The notes: generated by a model from the letters alone, not told the origin. A DNA stretch of 64,000 nucleotides from Balanoglossus misakiensis (GCA_040954595.2 JBECUI020000047.1:14937-78936), one strand, 5' to 3'; shown: positions 11,848 to 25,422, numbered from the stretch's first letter. Numbers and translations are program-made.

Positions 11848-12934
11848 TACTAACTATGCAGGGGGGAGTGTTGCATTGACTAAGTCTGTTGCCGCCCCGT
11901 CGTCCTTTGTAACACTACCTGGGAAACAACAGCAGCCAATCAAAGCGTGGTGATTCCCGTGGGAAGCCGTACAGCAAGTTATGATATAGACTGGGGCGAT
12001 GGAACGGTAGAAACACTTTCTCCACAGCAAGCCATACCTATGCAGCAGCAGGGGAATACACAGTTACGATAAGTAATAGTTTCCACTAGATACGGCTGAC
12101 AGATACAACAGCAGAAATAGCAGCACGCCTTAAGTCCATTGATCAGTGGGGCACAGCACAATGGATTAGTATGGGGGGGCATTTGCCAATGCCAGCAACA
12201 TGACGATGGCAGCAACCGACATTCCTGATCTCTCAGGAGTAGCCGATATGGGTTCCATGTTTGCCTCTGCAAGCAGCTTCAATGGAGCTGTCGGTGGCTG
12301 GGATACGTCAAATGTAACTGATATGGGTAGCATGTTCTCTGGGGCAAGTGCCTTCAATGGAGCACTTAGTGGTTGGGATACGTCAGTGGAATAAACCATA
12401 TAGGGGATTAGTAGAAGTATTTGGGCTTGGAGTGTTTTTGGATATAGTACTGCCACGATCGAAGCGAGAAGCGCAGATATATCCTATTCTGCCTATGGTG
12501 GGTTAGTCGGGAAGTTGGAGGATGCCAGAGTACTAACTTTCCTTTATTACACGAACAGGATTGCAACAAGCAGACATTGGAGGATTAACGGGTGATATAT
12601 TTAATGCAAACAGACAAGAACTATATGGGTATTATAGTGCCGGTAACTACTGGATTATCCGCCGACCAGGCCTACTATGAACTGGAAAGACGAGGATGGG
12701 CACTCCCGACAATATCCTGTACACCTATTGGGACGACGATGGCGATTCTACTACCACAACTGCTGGTACGGAACTGTTTGCGAATACATGTGGGTTTACC
12801 ATTCATCAAAACTCAGGCGGAACTGCGACCATTTTGGAGACTGGGTCTGGTTGGGAAACGGCAAAGCACCAAGACTCTGGGATACGGATGAGAAACGCTA
12901 CCTTGGCGATCAGCCCATACACAAGGAAGAATAG
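11848..12934 (+). pseudogene. Second copy of the chimeric PKD/BspA-GLUG remnant
   Basis: Near-identical to 5641-6723, including the same internal TAG and fusion junction. Confidence 0.8.
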
Positions 12935-13116
12935 TAGAGAAAATGCTTTACCCCCCCTTATCCTTATAATCTCTATTTCGACATCCCAAAAACCTCCGTT
13001 TTATAAGCTTTTTCTTGGGGGGGGGATTTGCTTCTTTCACAGTATTATACTTGAAACTTTTACCTTTCTGCATTAAACTTCTTCGTTAGTATTTTATACT
13101 GCTTTGGAGGGTTATA

Positions 13117-16100
13117 ATGCGCTCAGTCATTATTGCTGTTGCTACAACTTTTCTTGTTGTAGCGTTTGCTTTTGTTATTTCTTGTGGAGGTGTCGGTACT
13201 ACAACTGCTCCTCTAGTAAATCCTGCGACTGATCTCTCAGTTTCCTTTTCGGCTGCTGATGAGATTGCTGTTTCATGGGCTGCACCCGATCAGGAAACAT
13301 ACACCTATACCGTTACCCTGCAGGATCCGGATGGCAACATTGTTGCAGAAGAACTGGCAGAGACCACTACTCATACGTTTACTGGACTCACTCTTTCGCC
13401 AAAAACGGTCTACACCGTAGAGGTTACCGTACACAAAGGTGGGGGAACTTCGGAAGTAATTACCCTTCCCACACCACAAACAGGTGATGTCGTCTCTCTA
13501 GGAAGTAGTGTTACGGATGTGCAAGTGCCACAAGCAGAAGAAAGAGGACTGACCGTTACCTGGACAGCTCCGACAACAACAACACCAGTAGAACACCATC
13601 TCATTCGTTTGACACCAAAAGGTGGAACGGCACTGGAAGATATTATAGTACCTGGTGACGTAAACGAGTATGTCGTCACTGGCTTGGAGCCGGGAACAGA
13701 GTATACGGTGTCTGTCATAACCGTCTATACAGAAGGACAGAGCACCGCCATACAGACCGAGGTGCAAACAGGGATTGGGACCCTGCAAATTGATCATTTT
13801 GAAGCATCAGCAACAGCTATTGATATCTGGTGGCAAGACATTGCACCGCAGGAACTGACCTATAGCGTCTATTTTTCTTTGGATGAGGCAACGGTCAAAG
13901 ATGAGGCAAACAAACAAGAAGGTGTAACATACGATGATGCCCAAAGTATGTGGAAACTCAGCCTAACCGGACTCACTCCAGAGACTGTCTACCATGTATT
14001 TATTCAGGCAACAGGAGCAATTACTGCAGAAAGTGTGGTGGAGCAAGTCACAACAGGGACATCGGGAGCAGCAGCACCTCCGGCAGTTTCTGTAGATACA
14101 ATCAGCAAAGATGAAACCGAGAAAGAGGTTGGTTCTTTGAAACTGAACTGGGGTCCTGTCCGAGGAAAGGATGCCGAGGGAAACTTTGTTGATAGTACCT
14201 ACATGGTAGAGTATAGCCTTCCCCCAGAGACCAATTGGATCAGTGAAACCGTACTTGTACCCTCCATCACCCTTACTGGGTTAGAGGAAGCAAGTGAGTA
14301 TAATATTCGCATACAAGCAATCAGTACCTTTGACACAAACATGATGAGTGACTGGACCGAAGTATCACTTTTTACGAATGGCATTCGTCCATTAGCGATA
14401 CACGATAGCAGTGGAGCAATTACTGAGTTAACCATATCAGCAGGAGAAAAAAAGCAGTTAAGCGTTCCTGCATCCCTCTGGATCAATGTGGATGATACGG
14501 GCCGTAACATGGACAAGTAGTAGTGATGCAGTGGTAAGGGTCGTTGATGGAGAGGTAGAAGCAGTAACAGAAGGAACAGCAAGCATAACCGCAACGGCTG
14601 TTGCAGATATTCAGAAAACAGTAACCATCGATGTTACGGTGCCCGGATTTGGTCTGATTGGATCTGAAGTATCGGCAACGGGTATAAATCTGAACTGGAG
14701 TGCCGTCTCAACTGCATTGTTGACATACGAGGTCTATCTCTCGAAATAACGAGAACGGTCTTGTTGAAGCGGGGAATAAGCAGGACGTTCCGGTATTGGA
14801 TGAGGTAACAAATCGATGGACACTGAGCATAATTGGACTACATCCCGAAACGACCTACTATGTTGTTGTTCGTGCAATAGGAGATGGGGGAGTCAGTGTA
14901 GAAACAAACACCACCACCATCACGACCGCCCAATCAGGAGCACGAGCACCGGCAGCAGTTGATGAACATAGCGTTAGCAAGGATGAAGCCGTAAAGGAGA
15001 TTGGATCACTCAAACTGAACTGGATTGCTGTCCAGGGAACCGATGTAAATGGAAACTTCGTTGACAGTACCTATAATGTGGAGTATCGCCTCAGTAGCAG
15101 TACTGGATCATGGACGGGGGCATCGCCAAGCTCCAGTCCTACCATTACCCTCACCGGGTTAACGGGGGCAAGTGAATACTATATTCGTATTCAGGCAGTC
15201 AATACTGCTGATTCAAACTTGTCCAGTGCCACAATAGAAGCAGGGCCATTTTTTGCGAACGGGATCCACGCATTAGATATCCATGATGCTCAAGGTTACC
15301 ACGTCACCGAATTGACTCTTACTGTTGGTGAGAGCCAAACGCTGAATGTCCCTGGAAGATACTGGGTCAATGTAGAGAATACCTCAGTAAGCTGGGTAAG
15401 TAGTGACAATACCATTGTAGAAGTAACAGATGGAAGGGTTGAGGCAATAACAGATGGAAGTGCCACAATAACGGCAGCGGCAGAAGCAGACTTAACCAAT
15501 TCTACATCGATAACGGTTACAGTTCCAGGATTAAGCAATGTGGTTCTGTATGGTGAGACTAGCCTTACTACTACCTATGGAGAAACAGTTTCGCTTGTTC
15601 CTGCACCAACTAATCTACCGGCAGCAGGATTGTCGTTGACCTACACAGGTACGGACACTGTCGCGGGCATTACCGTGGCAAACGATGGAACCATAACTAT
15701 TGGTGACACCACATCGGCAGGGGATCATAACCTGACCATAACAGCGAGTGCCGATGGCTACACGAGTACGGCAAGTCATCAGATAGCCATAACAGTCAAT
15801 CCGAAGGCAACAGAAGAGTATCTGGTCTATGCGGAAGGAGATTTTACCAGAGGAGTAAGCTATGCACCAGCTACAGCTGCCCCACCGGAAGCTGGATTGA
15901 GTTATGCCATGAATCCAACTCCGACTGGATGGAGCATTGACACAACAAGTGGGACCATCTCTATAGCTTCAGATGCACAAGCTGGGGTAGAACAAACGGT
16001 TACTGTAACGGCAAGTCCAAGCAATCCTAACTATGCCCCTGGCAGTGTTGAGTTGTCTAAGACAATTGCCGACCTGACGTCCTTTATAACACGATGGGAA

Positions 16101-17363
16101 ACAACAGAAGCCAATCAAAGCGTGGAGATTCCCGTGGGAAGCAGTACAGCAAGCTATGATATAGACTGGGGTGATGGAACGGTAGAAACACTTTCTGCCA
16201 CAGCAAGTCATGTCTATGCAGAAGCAGGAGAATACACAGTTACAATAAGTAATAGTTTCCAGCAGATACGGCTGCTAGATACAACAGCAGAAATAGCAGC
16301 ACGCCTTAAGTCCATTGATCAGTGGGGCACAGCACAATGGATTAGTATGGGGGGGGCATTTGCCAATGCCAGCAACATGACGATGGCAGCAACCGACATT
16401 CCTGATCTCTCAGGAGTAGCCGATATGAGTTACATGTTTTTCTCGTACATTTTGACAAGTGCCTTCAATGGAGATATCGATAGCTGGGACACCTCCAATG
16501 TAACGAATATGGATCGCATGTTCTCTGGGGCAGCTAACTTTAATCGGGACTTAAACAACTGGGACACCTCCAAGGTAACGACTATGGCTCGCATGTTTTC
16601 CGGCGCAACCGCCTTCAATGGGAATATCAAAGACTGGAATACGTCAAGTGTAACCACTATGCATTACATGTTTAGCTTTGCAAGTGCCTTCAATGGAGAT
16701 ATCAGTGGCTGGGAGACGTCAAATGTAACCGATATGGCAGGTATGTTCCAGAGTACAGTCTACTTTAATGCAGATATCCGTCACTGGAAGGTTGGCGAGG
16801 TAACAGATATGAGAGATATGTTCCAAGCTGCAGTTGCTTTTAATAGGCTTATCGGTGACTGGGATACGTCAAGTGTAACAGATATGAGAGGTATGTTCCG
16901 TTCCGCAAGTGTTTTTAATAGGGATATCGGTCGCTGGGATACGTCAAGTGTAACAGATATGAGAGATATGTTCCATCACGCAGGTAGCTTTAATGCAGAT
17001 ATCAGTAACTGGAACATCACCAAGGTAACCAATATGACTGACATGTTCGTTGAGGCAAGGAGATTCACTCAAAACCTCGGCCCATGGTATATTACCTTAC
17101 CGCAGACCACCATCTCGGTAGACACGCCATTAACCATTGCAGCAAAGAATAACGTCCTTGCAGGACAGCTGGAAAATCCACAGTACAGTCTGCCGACCGA
17201 TGCCACGACCGACAACGATAAGTTCAGCATTACCAACGGAACAACCTTGAATGTCAATAATGGTACTGATCCCGGCGACTATACCATAAGCATACAAACA
17301 ACAAGTGCCGATTTTAGCACACCACAGAGTCCGATTGTGCAGTTTATGATAACGGTACAGTAG
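13117..17363 (+). CDS. Long-type FN3/Ig/PKD/BspA lipoprotein (8 repeats) with two 1-bp frameshifts near 14500 and 14745
   Basis: ORFs 13117-14520, 14486-14749 and 14796-17363 tile a protein whose N-terminus matches 1225 and whose C-terminus (IVQFMITVQ) matches the short-type genes. Confidence 0.8.
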
Positions 17364-17810
17364 CCATTTCCGAACAACAGCGGTGCTTTAGAGTTCCGCT
17401 GTTGTTTTGACTATAGTTTTACCCCTCCACAGCTCCCCCTTTGTGGTATCAATAACTCCTGCGCAATCTATCTGATTTGATAGAAACTTTGCCCTTTGAG
17501 CATTATCTTTTTAAGGCTCTTGGGCTGATAGGGGACTCTGTCTCGGGTTACCAAGATGTGGCTGCTCTGCTTGCTTATAGCCAAAGCAGCCAAACGGGCA
17601 GCTATGCCACCGGGAGTTGGGTAGTTTACAAGGTACCATAACCAACAGCTACCGCTACGACAAGCAGATCATCCCCTGACAACATCACCCCCAAGACCTC
17701 TGGCAGCGCCGTAATTCTGAAGCAACTCACCCCCAACCCGGTACACCTCCACCGAAACTGGCAATCCAGGCTGGACCTCCGATAACTGGATCATCGCTGG
17801 CCAGGTAAAT

Positions 17811-18070
17811 GCCCCCCCGGCCAGCCCGACATCAATAACCTCCCTAGCAAGCCCCCAAGGCCCTCACTCCTGGCAGCCCCCCCCACTCCTGGCAAGCCCC
17901 CCACTCCTGGCAAGCCCCCCACTCCCGGCAAGCCCCCCACTCCCGGCAAGCCCCCCACTCCCGGCAAGCCCCCCACTCCTGGCAGCCTCCCCCAAGGCCC
18001 CCACTCCCGGCAGCCCCCCCCCAAGGCTCCCCATTCCTGGCACCCCCCCCAAGGCCCCCCACTCCTGGCG
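17811..18070. repeat. C-rich minisatellite (unit about CCCCCCACTCCYGGCA(A)G), G-runs on the minus strand
   Basis: About six near-perfect 18-bp units at 17879-17984 plus degenerate units. Equivalent blocks of different length at ~21417-21560, 24911-25165, 28516-28660, 31997-32400, 35886-36065, 45548-45670, 49019-49130, 54013-54165, 57341-57495 and 62337-62560. Confidence 0.9.
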
Positions 18071-18264
18071 GGCCTTGGGGGCTGCCGCAAAAAGATCAAT
18101 ATGTCTCACCTCACCCCCCCAGACCGGACCACCCCCACTCCAAACCAATAAAACAGAAAATAATCTTAAAAAACTTGGTTATTCTTCTAAAACGTAATAA
18201 GCTTTTATACCGTAGTGTCCTTATAGCTTCTTAATCAAAAAGTCTTGTACTTATAAGAAAAGAC

Positions 18265-18293
18265 TTGACAAAAAGTGTCACTACGAGTAGGAT
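18265..18293 (+). promoter_or_regulatory. sigma70-like promoter of the tract-containing genes (11 copies)
   Basis: TTGACA-N17-TAGGAT, then AAGGAG (18317-18322) and ATG 18332. The -35 hexamer recurs at 21755, 25356, 28857, 32585, 36262, 45864, 49325, 54359, 57689 and 62752. Confidence 0.7.
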
Positions 18294-18331
18294 AGACCAA
18301 ACAAAACCAAATTTTTAAGGAGATCCAGCCT

Positions 18332-20968
18332 ATGAATTCATTTATCAACTCACTCACTCACTCACTCACTCACTCACTCACTCACTCACTCACTCACTCA
18401 CGCGTTAGGACATCATAGGAATACCCTAGCTGAAGCTAAAAAACCTCTTCTTTTTCCCCTCGCCTTTCTTCTTGTTGTATTTGCCTTGTTATTTTCTTGT
18501 GGTGGTTCTGGTACCACGGCCGCTCCACAGGAAGAGGCACCACCAGCCATTGATGTCCAGACAATCGCCAAGGATGAAACCGAGCAAGGACTCGGTTCTC
18601 TGAAGCTCACCTGGGTTGCTGTCCAAGGAAAGAATGCCGAGGGAAACTTGATTGATAGTACCTACTTGGTAGAGTATCGCCTTTCTACAGAGAGCAATTG
18701 GACAAAGTTGGAAGCCGTAGATCAGCCCACCCTTACACTCACTGGCCTGGAGGCAGGAATGGAGTATTCTATTCGCATACAAGCCATCAGCACCTTTGAC
18801 GCCAACATGGTCAGTGACTGGACAGAGGCAGGGCCATTTGCTGCAAATGGAATTAGGCCCTTAGAAATCCATGATACTAGTGGAGCCATCAGCGAACTGA
18901 CTCTTGCAATCGGAGAGACCCGGACGCTGAGTGTCCCAGAAAGCTTCTGGGTCAACGTAGAGGATACCTCAGTAAGCTGGGCAAGTAGTGATAACACCAC
19001 TGTAGAAGTAACAGATGGCATGGTTGAGGCAATAACAGAGGGAAGTGCCGCAATAACGGCAACATCAGGAGCAGACCCGACCAATGCGGCATCGATAACG
19101 GTGAATGTTCCAAGTTTAAGCAATGTGGTTCTGTATGATGAGGATAGCCTTACTATTCCCTATGGAGAAAGCGATCCCCTTATCCTCACACCGAGTGATC
19201 TACTCTTACCAGGATTGTCTTTAACCTACACAAGTTCGGGCACTGTCTCGGGCATTACCGTGGGAACCGATGGAACCATAACTATTGATAACACAACATT
19301 AGTAGGCACGTATACCCTGGACATAACAGCAAGTGCGGATGGCTACACGAATACGGCAAGCCATCAGATAGCCATAACGATCAGTCAGAGGGCAACAGAA
19401 GAGTATATGGTCTATGCAGAAGGAGATTTTATCAGAGGAAAGGCATATGCACCAGCTACAGCTGCCCACAGGGAGCTGGAGTGAGTTATGCCATGAATCC
19501 AACTCCGACTGGATGGAGCATTGACGCAACAAGTGGGACAATCTCTATAGCTTCAGATGCACCAGCTGGGGTAGAACAAACAGTTACTGTAACGGCAAGT
19601 CCAATCAATACGAACTATGCCTCTGGCAGTGTAGAATTGACTAAGTCTGTTGTCGACCCGTTTAGTGCTGGTCCCGACTCGTCGTTCTTTATAACACGAT
19701 GGGAAACAACAGATGTAAATCAAACAGTGGAGATTCCCGTGGGAGGCAGAACAGCAAGCTATGATATAGACTGGGGCGATGGAACGGCAGAAAGACTTTC
19801 CGGCACAGCAAGCCATGTCTATGCAGCTGCGGGCGAATATACGGTCAGGATAACCGATAGTTTCCAGCGAATACGGTTGCTAGATACAACAGCAGAAATA
19901 GCAGCACGCCTTAAGTCCATTGATCAGTGGGGCACAGCACAATGGATTAGTATGGGGGGGGCATTTGCCAATGCCAGCAACATGACGATGGCAGCAACCG
20001 ACATTCCTGATCTCTCAAGAGTAGCCGATATGAGTGCCATGTTTGCCTCGTACAGTGGGGCAAGTGCCTTCAATGGAGATATCGATAGCTGGGACACGTC
20101 AAATGTAACTAATATGATTGACATGTTCTATAGGGCAGTTAACTTTAATCGGGACTTAAACAACTGGGAGACCTCCAAAGTAACGACTATGGTTCGCATG
20201 TTCTCTGGGGCAGCTAACTTTAATCGGGACTTAAACAACTGGGACACCTCCAAGGTAACGACTATGGCTAGCATGTTTTTCGGCGCAACCGCCTTCAATG
20301 GAGATATCAGTGGCTGGGACACGTCAAATGTAACCAATATGAGAGGTATGTTCCTGAGTGCAGGCTCCTTTAATGCAGATATCAGTAACTGGAAGGTTGG
20401 CGATGTAACAGATATGGGAGGGATGTTCCAATCTGCAGTTGCTTTTAATAGGGATATCGGTGACTGGGATACGTCAAGTGTAACAGATATGGAAGAGATG
20501 TTCCGTTCCGCAACTGCTTTTAATAGGGATATCGGTCGCTGGGATACGTCAAATGTAACCTATACGAGAGATATGTTCCGTCACGCATGGGCCTTTAATG
20601 CAGATATCAGTAACTGGAACGTTGGCAAGGTAACCAATATGACTGACATGTTCTTTGATGCAATCAGATTCGCTCAAGACCTTGGCCCATGGTATATTAC
20701 CTTACCGCAGACCACCATCTCGGTAGACACGCAATTAACCATTGCAGCAAAGAATAACGTCCTTGCAGGACAGCTGGAAAATCCACAGTACAGTCTGCCG
20801 ACCGATGCCACGATCGACAACGATAAGTTCAGCATTACCGACGGAACGACCTTGAAAGTCAATAATGGTATTAATCCCGGCAACTATACTATAAGCATAC
20901 AAACAACAAGTGCCGATTTTAGCACACCACAGAGTCCGATTGTGCAGTTTATGATAACGGTACAGTAG
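18332..20968 (+). CDS. Phase-variable short-type FN3/Ig/PKD/BspA lipoprotein (8 repeats); OFF, plus a 1-bp deletion near 19468
   Basis: True ATG 18332 with RBS; ORFs 18486-19484 and 19481-20968; lipobox LLFSC. Confidence 0.85.
18349..18400 (+). repeat. (CTCA)13 tract, frame OFF
   Basis: 52 nt counted between ATGAATTCATTTATCAA and CGCGTTAGG. Confidence 0.95.
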
Positions 20969-21821
20969 CCATTTCCGAACAACAGCGGTGCCTTAGAGTT
21001 CCGCTGTTGTTTTGACTATAGTTTTACCCCCTCCACAGCCCCCCCATTGTGGTATCAATAACTCCTGCGCAATCTATCTGATTTGATAGAAACTTTGCCC
21101 TTTGAGCATTATCTTTTTAAGGCTCTTGGGCTGATAGGGGACTCTGTCTCGGGTTACAAAGATGTGGCTGCTCTGCTTGCTTATAGCCAAAGCAGCCAAA
21201 CGGGCAGCTATGCCACCGGGAGTTGGGTAGTTTACAAGGTACCATAACCAACAGCTACCGCTACGACAAGCAGACCCCCCCTGACAACATCACCCCCAAG
21301 ACCTCTGGCAGCGCCGTAGTTCTGAAGCAACTCACCCCCAACCCGGTACAACCTCTACCGAAACTGGCAATCCAGGCTGGACCTCCGATAACTGGATCAT
21401 CGCTGGCCAGGTAAATGCCCCCCCGGCCAGCCCGACATCAATAACCTCCCCCTAGCAAGCCCCCCAGGCCCCCCACTCCTGGCAGCCCCCCAAGGCCTCC
21501 ACTCTCCTGGCAAGCCCCCCACTCCCGGCAGTCCCCCCCCCAAGGCCCCCCACTTCTGGCGGGCCCTGGGAGGCTTCCGCAAAAAGATAAATATGTCCCA
21601 CCTCACCCTCACAGACTGCCCCCCCCACTCCAAACCAATAAAACAGAAAATAATCTTAAAAAACTTGGTTATTCCTCTAAAACGTAATAAGCTTTTATAC
21701 CGTAGTGTCTTTATAGCTGCTTAATCAAAAAGTCTTGTACTTATAAGAAAAGACTTGACAAAAAGTGTCACTACGAATAGGATAGACCAAACAAAACCAA
21801 ATTTTTAAGGAGATCCAGCAT

Positions 21822-24451
21822 ATGAATTCATTTATCAACTCACTCACTCACTCACTCACTCACTCACTCACTCACTCACTCACGCGTTAGGACATCATAG
21901 GAATACCCTAGCTGAAGCTAAAAAACCTCTTCTTTTTCCCCTCGCCTTTCTTCTTGTTGTATTTGCCTTGTTATTTTCTTGTGGTGGTTCTGGTACCACG
22001 GCCGCTCCACAGGAAGAGGCACCACCAGCCATTGATGTCCAGACAATCGCCAAGGATGAAACCGAGCAAGGACTCGGTTCTCTGAAGCTCACCTGGGTTG
22101 CTGTCCAAGGAAAGAATGCCGAGGGAAACTTGATTGATAGTACCTACATGGTAGAGTATCGCCTTTCTACAGAGAGCAATTGGACAAAGTTGGAAGCCGT
22201 AGCTCAGCCCACCCTTACCCTCACTGGCCTGGAGGCAGGGGGAGTACTACATTCGCATACAAGCCATCAGCACCTTTGACGCCAACATGGTCAGTGACTG
22301 GACAGAGGCAGGGCCATTTGCTGCAAATGGAATTAGGCCCTTAGAAATCCATGATACTAGTGGAGCCATCAGCGAACTGACTCTTGCAATCGGAGAGACC
22401 CGGACGCTGAGTGTCCCAGAAAGCTTCTGGGTCAACGTAGAGGATACCTCAGTAAGCTGGGTAAGTAGTGATAACACCACTGTAGAAGTAACAGATGGCA
22501 TGGTTGAGGCAATAACAGAGGGAAGTGCCGAAATAACGGCAACATCAGGAGCAGACCCGACCAATGCGGCATCGATAACGGTGAATGTTCCAAGTTTAAG
22601 CAATGTGGTTCTGTATGATGAGGATAGCCTTACTATTCCCTATGGAGAAGCGATCCCCTTATCCTCACACCGAGTGATCTACTCTTACCAGGATTGTCTT
22701 TAACCTACACAAGTTCGGGCACTGTCTCGGGCATTACCGTGGGAACCGATGGAACCATAACTATTGATAACACAACATTAGTAGGCACGTATACCCTGGA
22801 CATAACAGCAAGTGCGGATGGCTACACGAATACGGCAAGCCATCAGATAGCCATAACGATCAGTCAGAGGGCAACAGAAGAGTATATGGTCTATGCAGAA
22901 GGAGATTTTATCAGAGGAGAGGCATATGCACCAGCTACAGCTGCCCCACAGGGAGCTGGAGTGAGTTATGCCATGAATCCAACTCCGACTGGATGGAGCA
23001 TTGACGCAACAAGTGGGACAATCTCTATAGCTTCAGATGCACCAGCTGGGGTAGAACAAACAGTTACTGTAACGGCAAGTCCAATCAATACTAACTATGC
23101 CGCTGGCAGTGTAGAATTGACTAAGTCTGTTGTCGACCCGTTTAGTGCTGGTCCCGACTCGTCGTTCTTTATAACACGATGGGAAACAACAGATGTAAAT
23201 CAAACAGTGGAGATTCCCGTGGGAGGCAGTACAGCAATCTATGATATAGACTGGGGTGATGGAACGGTAGAAACACTTTCTGCCACAGCACGCCATACCT
23301 ATGCAGAAGCAGGAGAATACACAGTTACAATAAGTAATAGTTTCCAGCAGATACGGCTGCTAGATACAACAGCAGAAATAGCAGCACGCCTTAAGTCTAT
23401 TGATCAGTGGGGCACAGCACAATGGATTAGTATGGGGGGGGCCTTTGCCAATGCCGGCAACATGACGATGGCAGCAACCGACATTCCTGATCTCTCAGGA
23501 GTAGCCGATATGAGTTACATGTTTGCCTTGTACAGTGGTGGGGTAAGTGCCTTCAATGGAGATATCGATAGCTGGGACACGTCAAATGTAACTAATATGG
23601 CTCAGATGTTCTATGGGGCAACTAACTTTAATCGGGACTTAAACAACTGGGACACCTCCAAGGTAACGACTATGGCTAGCATGTTCTCTGGGGCAGCTAA
23701 CTTTAATCGGGACTTAAACAACTGGGACACCTCCAAGGTAACGACTATGGCTAGCATGTTTTTCGGCGCAACCGCCTTCAATGGAGATATCAGTGGCTGG
23801 GACACGTCAAATGTAACCGATATGGCAGGTATGTTCCAGAGAGCAGGCTTCTTTAATGCAGATATCCGTAACTGGAAGGTTGGCGAGGTAACAGATATGA
23901 GAGATATGTTCCAATCTGCAGTTGCTTTTAATAGGGATATCGGTGACTGGGATACGTCAAGTGTAACAACTATGGGAGGTATGTTCCATACCGCAGGTGT
24001 TTTTAATAGGGATATCGGTCGCTGGAATACGTCAAGTGTAACAGATATGAGAGATATGTTCCATCACGCATGGGCCTTTAATGCAGATATCAGTAACTGG
24101 AACGTTGGCAAGGTAACCAATATGACTGACATGTTCTTTGAAGCAATCAGATTCGCTCAAGACCTTGGCCCATGGTATATTACCTTACCGCAGACCACCA
24201 TCTCGGTAGACACGCAATTAACCATTGCAGCAAAGAATAACGTCCTTGCAGGACAGCTGGAAAATCCACAGTACAGTCTGCCGACCGATGCCACGATCGA
24301 CAACGATAAGTTCAGCATTACCGACGGAACGACCTTGAAAGTCAATAATGGTATTAATCCCGGCAACTATACTATAAGCATACAAACAACAAGTGCCGAT
24401 TTTAGCACACCACAGAGTCCGATTGTGCAGTTTATGATAACGGTACAGTAG
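21822..24451 (+). CDS. Phase-variable short-type BspA lipoprotein (8 repeats); OFF, with extra 1-bp indels near 22240 and 22650
   Basis: ATG 21822; ORFs 21968-22279, 22287-22703 and 22694-24451 tile the paralog. Confidence 0.85.
21839..21882 (+). repeat. (CTCA)11 tract, frame OFF
   Basis: 44 nt counted. Confidence 0.95.
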
Positions 24452-25422
24452 CCATTTCCGAACAACAGCGGTGCCTTAGAGTTCCGCTGTTGTTTTGACT
24501 ATAGTTTTACCCCCTCCACAGCCCCCCCATTGTGGTATCAATAACTCCTGCGTAATCTATCTGATTTGATTGAAACTTTCCCTTTGGCATTATCTTTTTA
24601 AGGCTCTTGGGCTGATAGGGGACTCTGTCTCGGGTTACAAAGATGTGGCCGCTCTGCTTGCCTATAGCCAAAGCAGCCAAACGGATAGCTATACCACCGG
24701 GATTGTCTCTGGGGGGGGAGTAGTTTACAAGGTACCATAACCAACAGCTACCGCTACGACAAGCAGACCCCCCCCTGACAACACTCCCCCCAAGACCTCT
24801 GGCAGCGCCGTAATTCTGAAGCAACTAAACCCCAACCCGGTACACCTCCACCGAAACTGGCAATCCAGGCTGGACCGCCGATAACTGGATCATCGCTGGC
24901 CAGGTAAATGCCCCCCCGGCCAGCCCGACATCAATAACCTCCCCCTGGCAAGCCCCCAAGGCTCCCACTCTTGGCAGCCCCCCCCACTCCTGGCAGCCCC
25001 CCCCAAGGCTCCCCATTCCTGGCAAGCCCCCCACTCCCGGCAGCCCCCCACTCCTGGCGGGCCCTGGGAGGCTTCCCGAAAAAGATAAATATGTCCCACC
25101 TCACCCCCCCCAGACTGGCCCCCCCCCACTCCCGCAGCCCCCAAGGCCCCCACTCCTGGCGGGCCTTGGGGGCTGCCGCAAAAAGATCAATATGTCCCAC
25201 CTCACCCCCCCAGACCGGACCACCCCCACTCCAAACCAATAAAACAGAAAATAATCTTAAAAAACTTGGTTATTCCTTTAAAACGTAATAAGCTTTTATA
25301 CCGTAGTGTCCTTATAGCTGCTTAATCAAAAAATCTTCTACTTATAAGAAAAGACTTGACAAAAAGTGTCACTACGAATAGGATAGACCAAACAAAACCA
25401 AATTTTTAAGGAGATCCAGTCT

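Noticed and set aside
7190-14750. Scattered 1-bp frameshifts as programmed frameshifting or true pseudogenisation
   Set aside because: Mostly single-base changes in short homopolymers at non-recurrent positions, typical of long-read consensus error; cannot be resolved without reads
17811-18140. C-rich repeats or the 75-bp BspA repeats as a CRISPR array
   Set aside because: No constant repeat with unique spacers and no cas genes; the 75-bp units are in-frame coding repeats
17791-18148. Gly-rich minus-strand ORFs (GGLPGV repeats) here and in the other spacers
   Set aside because: They are translations of the C-rich minisatellite; frames and lengths are not conserved between copies
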